From a bacterium (lineage in GTDB: Bacteria > Zhuqueibacterota > Zhuqueibacteria > Oceanimicrobiales > Oceanimicrobiaceae), in contig JBBIIG010000037.1 in NCBI GenBank assembly GCA_037446635.1, forward strand, positions 1 through 40,634: a DNA stretch of 40,634 bases, in the 5' to 3' direction. The notes beneath the pieces were generated by a model. It did not search any database. It worked only from the letters and a program-made list of their open reading frames with translations, and had not been told where the DNA came from. Positions within the stretch are counted from its first letter, which is position 1; every line of letters starts with the position of its first letter. Shown piece by piece: positions 28,292 through 36,443 of this stretch. The translations under genes were made by a program, and so were the position numbers.

Positions 28292-29952
28292 AGCCGCAGC
28301 ACGCCGGTTTTGTACTCCGGAATATCCGGATTATTTTGCGCCATTTCAAGTCCCCAAATCAACGTCTTGCGGGTGTCGCGGGGATCGAGGATGCCGTCGG
28401 TCATCAGGCGGGCGGCGGAGAAATAGGGCGAGGCTTCGCGCTCGTATTTTGCCACCAGTTCGGCGCGGAATTTTTTGCGGGCGTCGTCATCCAAATCCTT
28501 TTTCGTAAGCAGCACCGTGTCCGCGGCGATGCCGCCGTCCATCACCGCCACCCGCGCGGTGGGCCAGGAGAAAATCAGCCGCGGGTCGTAAGCCTTGCCG
28601 CACATGGCGTAGTTGCCGGCGCCAAAGCTGTTGCGAATCACCACCGTGAATTTCGGCACCACCGAGTTCGCCTGCACGTTCACCATTTCCGCGCCGTCTT
28701 TGATGATGCCGGTGTTCTCGGCCATCTTGCCGACCATGAAGCCGGTGACATCGTGCAAAAAAATCAGCGGGATCAGCCGCTCGTTGCAGAGCATAATAAA
28801 ATGCGACGCCTTGTTGGCGGAGTCGCTGTAAATGACGTTGCCCATTTGCACCTGCGGCGGCTGCGGCCGGCCGAGATGATCGGGCGGCATTTGCCGCTGC
28901 ACCGGCCGGCCTTGGTTGGCGACGATGCCCACCGCGAACCCGCCGATGCGCGCGAAGCAGCAAATCAGCGTCGGACCAAAATGCGGTTTGAATTCCTCGA
29001 AGCGGCTGCCATCGACAATGCGGGCGATGATCTCGCGCATCTCGTAGGTGCCGGTCGGCGAGGCCGGCAGAATTCCCAAAATTTCTTCGGGGTCGCACTC
29101 CGGCTCCTCGGCGCGGATGCGATCAAACGGCGCGGTCGCCCGTTTGCCAATCGCCGCCACTTGATCGCGAATCCATTGAAAGGCGTCGTCTTCGCTATCA
29201 AACTGATAATCCGCTACGCCGCTGATGGCGTTGTGCATTTTCGCGCCGCCGAGGGTTTCCATATCTACCACTTGCCCCAATGCGGATTGCACCAAAAACG
29301 GCCCGGCCAAAAACATGCTGGAGTGGTTGGTGATCATCGCGAGGTCGCTGCTCATGCCGGGCAAATAGGCGCCGCCGGCCACGCAAAATCCGAAGACGCA
29401 GGAGATTTGTGGAATGCCCATCGCGGCCATTTTGGCGTTGTTGCGAAATATACGGCCAAAGTGCAACTTGTCGGGAAAAATCTCAGCCTGGCGCTCGAGG
29501 TTCACGCCTGCGGAGTCCACCATGTAAATGATCGGCAAGCGATTGTCCATGGCGATCTCCTGCGCGCGCAGATTTTTTTTGCAGGTCGTCTCCACCCAGG
29601 CGCCGGACTTCACCAGCGGATCGTTGGCCATGATCACCACTTTTTTGCCGGACACCGTCGCCACCGCAATGATCGTTCCCGCTGACGGATATCCGCCGGG
29701 AATCTCGTGATACATATCGTACGCCGCCAGCGCACCGATTTCCAAAATCTCGGTACCCGGGTCAATCACCTTTTGAATTTTTTCCCGCGCCGGATACTTG
29801 CCGCGCTGGCGTAATTTTTCGACCGCCTGCGGATTCACCGCTTTCACTTCTTTTAATTTCAGATTCAGCTCGCTCACTAATCCCAGCATGTAGCTGCGAC
29901 GTTGTTTGTAGTCGTCCGATCTTCGGTTGAGTTGGCTTGGGTATTTTTTCAT
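28288..29952 (-). CDS. Acyl-CoA carboxylase carboxyltransferase subunit (methylcrotonyl/geranyl-CoA carboxylase beta-like)
   Basis: VDSAGVNL, CVAGGAY, FLAGP, LGGAKMH..SGVAD, DVTGFMVG, SFGAGNYAMCG. Confidence 0.93.
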   Translation of the reverse strand: MKKYPSQLNRRSDDYKQRRSYMLGLVSELNLKLKEVKAVNPQAVEKLRQRGKYPAREKIQKVIDPGTEILEIGALAAYDMYHEIPGGYPSAGTIIAVATVSGKKVVIMANDPLVKSGAWVETTCKKNLRAQEIAMDNRLPIIYMVDSAGVNLERQAEIFPDKLHFGRIFRNNAKMAAMGIPQISCVFGFCVAGGAYLPGMSSDLAMITNHSSMFLAGPFLVQSALGQVVDMETLGGAKMHNAISGVADYQFDSEDDAFQWIRDQVAAIGKRATAPFDRIRAEEPECDPEEILGILPASPTGTYEMREIIARIVDGSRFEEFKPHFGPTLICCFARIGGFAVGIVANQGRPVQRQMPPDHLGRPQPPQVQMGNVIYSDSANKASHFIMLCNERLIPLIFLHDVTGFMVGKMAENTGIIKDGAEMVNVQANSVVPKFTVVIRNSFGAGNYAMCGKAYDPRLIFSWPTARVAVMDGGIAADTVLLTKKDLDDDARKKFRAELVAKYEREASPYFSAARLMTDGILDPRDTRKTLIWGLEMAQNNPDIPEYKTGVLRL

Positions 29953-30004
29953 TGACGTGAAATGTGAGATGTTAGAGATGAAATGACAGGGCTAAGGGTG
30001 AAGG

Positions 30005-30110
30005 TGGAGTGATGGAGTAGTGGAGTGTTGGAGTATTGCTAATCCACTAATCCCCCGATCTACGATTCCAAGCTTCAAAACTCCATTACTCCAGTACTCC
30101 ATAACTCCAA
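30005..30110. repeat. Octamer inverted tandem repeats
   Basis: tggagtga tggagtag tggagtgt tggagtat ... ctccatta ctccagta ctccataa. Confidence 0.85.
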
Positions 30111-30142
30111 AGCTGCAACACCTTCGCCTCAACATTAGCCTC

Positions 30143-31843
30143 TCATCGCAAATCCTTAACCCGCAACTGCAGCGATTTTCTTCCTTCCCATTCGTTTTCT
30201 TCGATGACGTACACCATTTGCAGCCCGCGTTCGCCGGAGTTGACACGGTAGGAAAGATCGCCCAAGTTGAAGCCGATGGCATCCATCACAATGCCGTCCT
30301 GCCGGACTTTGAACTTCAAATGGTTTTTGCCCACAATGGTGGGCGTGCCCACCACCTGCAAATCGGTAGAAAGAAACACCGGGCGCATGTTCTGCGGACC
30401 GAACGGCCCCATCATGCGCAGTAATTTCAGGAAATCTCCCTTAAACTCGCTGAAACGCAGCTCGGCATCGATCCACAATTTGGGACTCAAATGTTCGCTC
30501 GTCAACAAGTCATCAGCAACTTGATTGATGGCATCGCGCAGTTTTTGAATTTGCGCGCAAGAAATGGAAAGCCCGGCGGCGTACTTGTGCCCGCCGAATT
30601 CCAGCATACAATCGCGGCATCTATGCAGCGCGTGGTAGATATCGAATCCCGGAATGCTGCGCGCGGAACCACGGCCGCGGCCGGCCTCGGTGGCGATCAG
30701 CACCGTGGGGCGATAATATTTTTCGGCGATGCGCGACGCGACAATGCCAATCACGCCGGGGTGCCAGCCCTCCTTTTCCAACACTAAAACTTTTTGAGTT
30801 TTGAGATCAAATTGCGTTTCAACGATTTCCACCGCCTCCAAAAATGTTTCTTCATCGATGTTGCGGCGGATGCGATTTTCTGATTCGAGGATGGCGGCAA
30901 TATTCTTGGCCTGCTGCTCATCAGTGGTGGTTAACAAACGCACGGCGCGACCAGCGTCGCCAAGCCGGCCCACGGCGTTGATGCGCGGCGCAATCACAAA
31001 CACCACGTGGCCGGTACCGAGCTCTTCATCATGATTAATTCCGGCCACGGCCATTAGCGCGCGCAGTCCCGGATTGGAGGTTTGCTTCAGCCGCTGCAAA
31101 CCGAACTTGACAAAGACGCGATTTTCATCCACCAGCGGCACAATGTCGGCCGAGCTGCCAATGGCCGCCAACTCCAGTGCATTGAGAAAAATTGCCTCCT
31201 CTAAATTGAAACGTGATTGCAGCGCCTGAATCAATTTGAAAGCCACCCCTACGCCGGACAACTCTTTGAAGGGATAGCGGCATCCCAGCTTCTTGGGGTT
31301 GAGAATGGCCACAGCCGGGGGCAATTCGGCGGCGGGTTGGTGGTGATCGCAAACGATGAAATCGATCCCCAACTGCTGCGCTAACGCTATCTCCGCATTG
31401 GCGGTAATGCCGCAATCAACCGAAATGATGAGTGGGTAACCCTGTTGATGCGCGTAACGAATACCCGGCGCCGAGACGCCATACCCTTCCAGCAGGCGAT
31501 CGGGAACGTAAAAATCCACCGGGTGGCCGAGATACTGGAAGAAGCGTAGCAGCATCGCAGTGGCAGTAGTGCCGTCCACGTCGTAGTCGCCGTAGATCAA
31601 AATTTTCTCTTTTTTGGAAATAGCTCTTTCGATACGTTGCACCGCTTCGCGCATTTCTGTCATCAAAAAAGGATCATGCAGATTGGCGAGGTTGGGCTTG
31701 AAAAACTCGCGGGCGGCTTCGATGTCCTCAATGCCGCGATTCAAAAGAATGCGCGCCAGAACCGGTGAAGAGTTGAGTTGTTGGGCAAACTGGCTGATTT
31801 TTTCGGGAGAATGATTGTTGATTAACTGCCAGTTTAATTCCAT
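30143..31843 (-). CDS. recJ: Single-stranded DNA exonuclease RecJ
   Basis: YGDYDVDG, SVDCG, CDHH, PRINAVGR, RGSARS, FGGH. Confidence 0.97.
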   Translation of the reverse strand: MELNWQLINNHSPEKISQFAQQLNSSPVLARILLNRGIEDIEAAREFFKPNLANLHDPFLMTEMREAVQRIERAISKKEKILIYGDYDVDGTTATAMLLRFFQYLGHPVDFYVPDRLLEGYGVSAPGIRYAHQQGYPLIISVDCGITANAEIALAQQLGIDFIVCDHHQPAAELPPAVAILNPKKLGCRYPFKELSGVGVAFKLIQALQSRFNLEEAIFLNALELAAIGSSADIVPLVDENRVFVKFGLQRLKQTSNPGLRALMAVAGINHDEELGTGHVVFVIAPRINAVGRLGDAGRAVRLLTTTDEQQAKNIAAILESENRIRRNIDEETFLEAVEIVETQFDLKTQKVLVLEKEGWHPGVIGIVASRIAEKYYRPTVLIATEAGRGRGSARSIPGFDIYHALHRCRDCMLEFGGHKYAAGLSISCAQIQKLRDAINQVADDLLTSEHLSPKLWIDAELRFSEFKGDFLKLLRMMGPFGPQNMRPVFLSTDLQVVGTPTIVGKNHLKFKVRQDGIVMDAIGFNLGDLSYRVNSGERGLQMVYVIEENEWEGRKSLQLRVKDLR

Positions 31844-32032
31844 TTAGTTGTCCTTCTGAATCAATAAATGACAATTGACCATTCACCATTCACAATTTGC
31901 CGTTTTGCGAAACAGGATGAATTTTGAATTGTCAGCGCGCCCCCTCCCGGCAAAATTCCAAACCCGCCTACCGGAGATCATGGGGGCAGGAAGGCGGAAT
32001 TTGGGGAAAGAAGAATTTGTCTCAAAAAATCC

Positions 32033-32125
32033 AAAGTAGCCCGATAAGCCGAATTCTGTCTTCCCCGCCTGCGTCGGGCAAGCCCGAACAGTCGGGGGAG
32101 GCGACCATTTATCTGGGGCTCGCTG
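32033..32125 (-). ncRNA. rnpB: RNase P RNA, 3' fragment only (3' side of P18, J18/2, P19, and 3' strands of P4/P1)
   Basis: Minus strand CCCAGATAAATGGTCGCC-[P19 hairpin]-ACAGAATTCGGCTTATC matches the conserved 3' core of bacterial rnpB. I did not find the 5' GAGGAAAGTCC motif upstream. Confidence 0.85.
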
Positions 32126-32153
32126 CCGGCGGCGGATTTTGGGGATGATTCGA

Positions 32154-32309
32154 TCAGGTGGGATCTTCATCAACCAGTCCTTTGCATCTTTTCCTTTTCG
32201 CAAGCTTGTTACAGATATTTCCTTTGTTGCCGGAATGATTTATTTTTTTACGCGGGACGCCCAGTGTGCGCAGCAAAGCTTTGTCTGGGTCACATTCGAC
32301 AAATATCAT
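32154..32309 (-). pseudogene. Truncated TOPRIM-like partner of the upstream ATPase (51 aa, not in the ORF track)
   Basis: MIFVECDPDKALL...HSGNKG...GLVDEDPT*, with TOPRIM-like E and DxD; ATGA-coupled to the ATPase. Confidence 0.7.
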
Positions 32310-33283
32310 CCTTCCCCCAGAAAGCGATCCAGGTTGAAAAATACGCTCGCGTCAAGATCGAGGACGGCGGGCATCTCTTCTTCAGTTAGCGCCTTGATTT
32401 TAGTTTGATAATTTTTGAAGTAGGTAATGAAAATTCCAATCTCCGCTTTTGGAGTTTTCTCCAAAACCGAGAGAAGAAAATAGGGATTGTGAGTAGAAAT
32501 AAAATACTGGTTAGAGCCGTCGAGTGCAATTCTCTCAGCTAAGAATTTGGCATAATAGGGGAAGGCGTGGGCTTCCGGTTCTTCAAAAATGAGGATCGAA
32601 TCTTTGTTGGTTTCAATGGCCAAAAAATGAAAGACCACTCGTTGCAGGGTATCCGAAACCAGGGAATAAGGGTAAGAAATAATAACATCCTCAATTTGCT
32701 TCTGAACTTCGATTTTGTGCTCCTGAGGCTTCAAAACCAGTTTGAGTCCGTACTCGCTGAATAAGCCCGCAACAAATTTTCTAATCTCTTTCTTGGTGAG
32801 AAGAATTTGCAATAGGTTATCTCCGGTGATCGGCAAAAGAAAATCCGATTCTGGCCGGCCAAAAGTATTCAAAATTGCAAATCGGTACAGTTTAAAAGAT
32901 GACAAAACTAAAGGCCCATGACTTGTTCTTGACATCACATTTCCATTATAATCCAAATTGATTTCACTTTTGTTCTTTCCGGCACTGTCTTCGAAACTTG
33001 TTTTAAAACTGCCGCTTTCAAATTTTACATTAAAAGAAAAATTATCAGCAATAATTTCTATTCTTTCGGACACCTCCTGATCATAAAAGAGGTTGCCCAA
33101 GTTTTCAAATCGAATCACGTCTTTGAAGTTTTCATTCACGTAGGGCAAAGAAAAAATTCCAACTGCCTCCAACAAGTTCGATTTGCCAACATTGGGTTTG
33201 CCGATGAATAAATTGATCCGTTTGCAGTTTAGTTTCAACTGCTTGATCGATTTGAAATTTTTTATCGTGAGCGTTTTTATCAT
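32306..33283 (-). CDS. ABC/AAA_15-21-type ATPase
   Basis: IKNFKSI, Walker A GKPNVGKS, Walker B ILIFEEPE, STHNP. Start set at ATG 33283. Confidence 0.88.
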   Translation of the reverse strand: MIKTLTIKNFKSIKQLKLNCKRINLFIGKPNVGKSNLLEAVGIFSLPYVNENFKDVIRFENLGNLFYDQEVSERIEIIADNFSFNVKFESGSFKTSFEDSAGKNKSEINLDYNGNVMSRTSHGPLVLSSFKLYRFAILNTFGRPESDFLLPITGDNLLQILLTKKEIRKFVAGLFSEYGLKLVLKPQEHKIEVQKQIEDVIISYPYSLVSDTLQRVVFHFLAIETNKDSILIFEEPEAHAFPYYAKFLAERIALDGSNQYFISTHNPYFLLSVLEKTPKAEIGIFITYFKNYQTKIKALTEEEMPAVLDLDASVFFNLDRFLGEG

Positions 33284-33296
33284 GAAATTGCTTGTT

Positions 33297-33329
33297 AAAA
33301 TTCCGGGGCCTTTAAGACCCCGGAGTTTT
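33297..33329. repeat. REP-like palindrome spanning the stop of the upstream small ORF
   Basis: aaaattccgggg-N9-ccccggagtttt (12-bp stem, one mismatch). Confidence 0.7.
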
Positions 33330-33539
33330 GTCAATTCCCTTCAGCCTTCCGGCAACTTTGGCCAGAGCTTGCTGCCGCGCTTCCTCGCGGGTAGGGCCTT
33401 CGCCGCGGGCAATGGTGGCGCCCGGATCCTGATTTTCTACGTGACAGAAAAACCGCGCGCCAATTTGATAGGTGACGATGCGCACCGGCGCGCCGTTGAC
33501 CGCGCTGGTTTCCTGCTGGAAATTTTCCGCGCGCAGCAT
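33312..33539 (-). CDS. Small hypothetical protein downstream of the sulfurtransferase
   Basis: MLRAENF...DPGATIARGEGPTREEA; starts 2 nt after the sulfurtransferase stop. Confidence 0.65.
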   Translation of the reverse strand: MLRAENFQQETSAVNGAPVRIVTYQIGARFFCHVENQDPGATIARGEGPTREEARQQALAKVAGRLKGIDKTPGS

Positions 33540-33541
33540 GG

Positions 33542-34393
33542 CTAAGCACCTGCGCCTGTTTCCACCGGCGCAGCGACGAGATTGCCCCACTCGGTCCACG
33601 AGCCATCATAATTGCGAACGTTCGGGTAGCCGAGCAAATACTTCAACACGAACCAGCTGTGGCTGGAGCGCTCGCCGATGCGGCAATAGGCGATGATATC
33701 CTTTTTTTCGGTGACGCCCTTGCTTTCATACAACGCTTTCAATTCATCATAACTTTTGAAGGTGCCATCCTCGCGGCAAGCCTGCGCCCAGGGGATATTC
33801 TTGGCGCCGGGGATGTGTCCGCCGCGCTGGCAGGTTTCTGGCAGTCCCGGCGGCGAAAGAATTTTGCCGGTAAATTCGTCTGCGGAACGCACGTCCACGA
33901 GCACTGTTTTTTTAAGCTTGTAGCTTTTTTGTACATCGGGTAAAAAGGCGCGCAAGCTTTTATCCGCTGCTTTGGCAACGTAGTTGGCGCGTCTGGGGGT
34001 GGGAATCTCGGTGCTTAAGGGCCGCCCCTCGGCCAGCCATTTTTTGCGGCCGCCGTCCATGATGCGCACGTCTTTGTGGCGGTAAATTTTGAGTTGCCAG
34101 AATGCCCACGCCGCAAACCAATTGTTGTTGTCGCCATAGAGGATGATGGTGGTATCATTGGAGATGCCGCTGTCGCTCAGCAGCTTTTCCAGATCGGCTT
34201 TTTTGATGATGTCACGGCGCACGGTATCGCACAACTGGGTTTGCCAGTTCCAGCCGATGGCGCCGGGCACGTGGCCCTCCTCGTAGGCTTTGGTATCGAC
34301 ATCCACTTCTACAATCGCCAACCCGCGATCGTTTTTGTGAGCATCCACCCAGTCGGTGGAAACCAGCACTTCCGGATGCGCATAGTTTGACAT
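33542..34393 (-). CDS. Tandem-rhodanese thiosulfate sulfurtransferase (CysA/SseA-like)
   Basis: GHVPGA, GHIPGA, active-site YCRIGERS, NYDGSWTEW. Confidence 0.95.
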   Translation of the reverse strand: MSNYAHPEVLVSTDWVDAHKNDRGLAIVEVDVDTKAYEEGHVPGAIGWNWQTQLCDTVRRDIIKKADLEKLLSDSGISNDTTIILYGDNNNWFAAWAFWQLKIYRHKDVRIMDGGRKKWLAEGRPLSTEIPTPRRANYVAKAADKSLRAFLPDVQKSYKLKKTVLVDVRSADEFTGKILSPPGLPETCQRGGHIPGAKNIPWAQACREDGTFKSYDELKALYESKGVTEKKDIIAYCRIGERSSHSWFVLKYLLGYPNVRNYDGSWTEWGNLVAAPVETGAGA

Positions 34394-34508
34394 GGTTTGG
34401 CCCTCCGCTTAAATTTTAACCATTAAAGTCACGCTACCGTGTTTAAATTAACTTGTCTCTGTGAACTTCCAGTTTCACTGGCAAAATTAATCAAATCCAA
34501 AGAAAAAA

Positions 34509-36257
34509 TCAAATCCGGGCCTGGTAGGTATAAAGCTGATAATATCGTCCTTCTTTTTTTATCAACTCCTCGTGGCTGCCGCGTTCGGCAATTTGCCCGT
34601 CTTCAATGACGAGAATCTGATCGGCGCGACGGATGGTGCTGAGGCGATGGGCGATGACAAACGTGGTGCGGCCTTTCATCAAGCGCTGCAAACTTTCTTG
34701 AATGTACATTTCACTTTCGGTGTCGAGGTTCGAGGTGGCTTCGTCGAGAATGAGGATTTTGGGATTAGCCAAAAGCGCGCGGGCGATGGCCACCCGCTGG
34801 CGCTGGCCGCCGGAAAGCTTCACGCCGCGCTCGCCGATGAGCGTGTCAAGTCCGTCGGGGAAACGGTCGGTGAACTCCTTCACGTGAGCCGCGCGGGCGG
34901 CTTCCAGCAATTCCGCTTCGCTGGCGTCGGGCTTCCCAAAAAGTATATTTTCGCGAATCGTGCCCTCGAAAAGAAAATCGTCTTGCAGCACCACCCCCAG
35001 CCGGCTGCGGTAACTATCGAGCGTGACTTTTGAGAGATCTTTTCCATCAATTTTGATGACGCCGCTGATCGGCTTTAAAAACGTGGCGGCGAGTCCGGCG
35101 ATAGTGGTTTTGCCGGAGCCGGAGGTGCCCACCAGTGCGGTCATGCTGCCGGCGGGCGCTTTAAAACTGATATTTTTCAAAACTTCATTTCCCGGCTCAT
35201 AGGAAAATGAAATCTCCTCAAACTCGACGTCACCTTTTATACTGTTAAGTTGAATCGTTCGCAGCGCGTCGTCGGTTTCACGCGGCGAGTTCAAAATTTC
35301 CTCGGTGCGATCGAGTCCCGCAAACGCTTCCGTGATCTGGCTGCCGATGTTGCTCATCTGCACGATGGGCGCGATCATGAATCCGAGATAAAGTGTGAAC
35401 GCAAAAAAATCGCCGATGGTCATCTTGCCTTTGATGATCAACGAGCCGCCGACGCCCATGATGCCCACGCTGGCGATGCCCAAAAGCAGCGTCGCTGCGC
35501 TGGTGACGAAACTGGTGGTTAGCAGCGACTTTCGCACATTCTTGAACAGGCGCTCAACGCCGCTTTCAAAAACCTTGATTTCATACGACTCGGCGTTGAA
35601 GCCTTTGATGACGCGAATGCCGCCGAGGGACTCGGTAAGCCGGCCGGTAACTTCCGCGTTGATTTTTCCCCGTTCGCGGAAAATCGGGCGGATGTATGAA
35701 AAGGCTTTGAGGGAGATCAGTCCGAAGATGGCCAGCGGCACTAACGTGTACAGCGTCATCAGCGGGTTGATTTTAATCAGCAGAAAAAACGCCACGATTG
35801 CGGTGAGTACGCCGCCGAAAAGCTGAACCAATCCCGTGCCGACGAGATTGCGCACGCCCTCGACGTCGGTCATGATGCGGGAGACCAGTTCGCCGGACTT
35901 GGTGTTGTCGAAAAATCGCACCGGCAAATAAATGATATGCCGCTGCACCTGCGCCCGCAGCACGGAGATCAAATGCTGCGCCTCGACGCTGAGCAGTTGC
36001 GTGAGAAAAAACGAGCTGACAGCTTGAACCGTGATTGCAGCGCCGACCGCAATCAACAACCATTTGAGCAAATTCAAATTCGATTTGGCGATGACTTCGT
36101 CAATCAGATATTTGCTTGAGCCGGGAAGCACCAGTCCCGACAAACGATTGATGACGATCAGCACCAGTCCGAGCAGCAAAAGATTTCGCCTCGGCCAAAT
36201 GATGTTTTTGAAGGCGTAACGGACGGTGGCGAGAGAGGGTTTGGGTTTTTTGTTCAT
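34509..36257 (-). CDS. ABC exporter, fused permease/ATPase (MsbA/multidrug-like)
   Basis: Multi-TM N-terminal domain; GTSGSGKT, LSGGQRQR, ILILDEATS, IAHRLST. Confidence 0.95.
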   Translation of the reverse strand: MNKKPKPSLATVRYAFKNIIWPRRNLLLLGLVLIVINRLSGLVLPGSSKYLIDEVIAKSNLNLLKWLLIAVGAAITVQAVSSFFLTQLLSVEAQHLISVLRAQVQRHIIYLPVRFFDNTKSGELVSRIMTDVEGVRNLVGTGLVQLFGGVLTAIVAFFLLIKINPLMTLYTLVPLAIFGLISLKAFSYIRPIFRERGKINAEVTGRLTESLGGIRVIKGFNAESYEIKVFESGVERLFKNVRKSLLTTSFVTSAATLLLGIASVGIMGVGGSLIIKGKMTIGDFFAFTLYLGFMIAPIVQMSNIGSQITEAFAGLDRTEEILNSPRETDDALRTIQLNSIKGDVEFEEISFSYEPGNEVLKNISFKAPAGSMTALVGTSGSGKTTIAGLAATFLKPISGVIKIDGKDLSKVTLDSYRSRLGVVLQDDFLFEGTIRENILFGKPDASEAELLEAARAAHVKEFTDRFPDGLDTLIGERGVKLSGGQRQRVAIARALLANPKILILDEATSNLDTESEMYIQESLQRLMKGRTTFVIAHRLSTIRRADQILVIEDGQIAERGSHEELIKKEGRYYQLYTYQARI

Positions 36258-36325
36258 GGGTGAGAAATATAAGGCTCTTTAGTTCAAATTCACAAATCTT
36301 TTGGGAGAGACCTTTCCTCAGATGC

Positions 36326-36375
36326 TGGATTAATGGATTAATGGATCGATGGAGTTTATTTTCCATCAATCCATC
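36326..36375. repeat. Octamer inverted tandem repeats (short)
   Basis: tggattaa tggattaa tggatcga tgga ... tccatcaa tccatca. Confidence 0.7.
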
Positions 36376-36443
36376 AGCTTCGTAAACAGCTAAACAGTAC
36401 GTATCGCGGAAGTTGCTGCCTCAAAACTCGTGAGCGTGCAAAG

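Noticed and set aside
28336..29685. 449-aa plus-strand ORF
   Set aside because: Antisense shadow of the carboxyltransferase in GC-rich sequence.
31883..32203. 106-aa minus-strand ORF
   Set aside because: Runs across the pseudogene, the rnpB fragment and palindromic intergenic DNA, with no protein-like features.
36308..36320. GAGGAAAGGTC on the minus strand as the missing rnpB 5' motif
   Set aside because: Differs from GAGGAAAGTCC and lacks the flanking P2/P3/P5 structure and downstream conserved regions.
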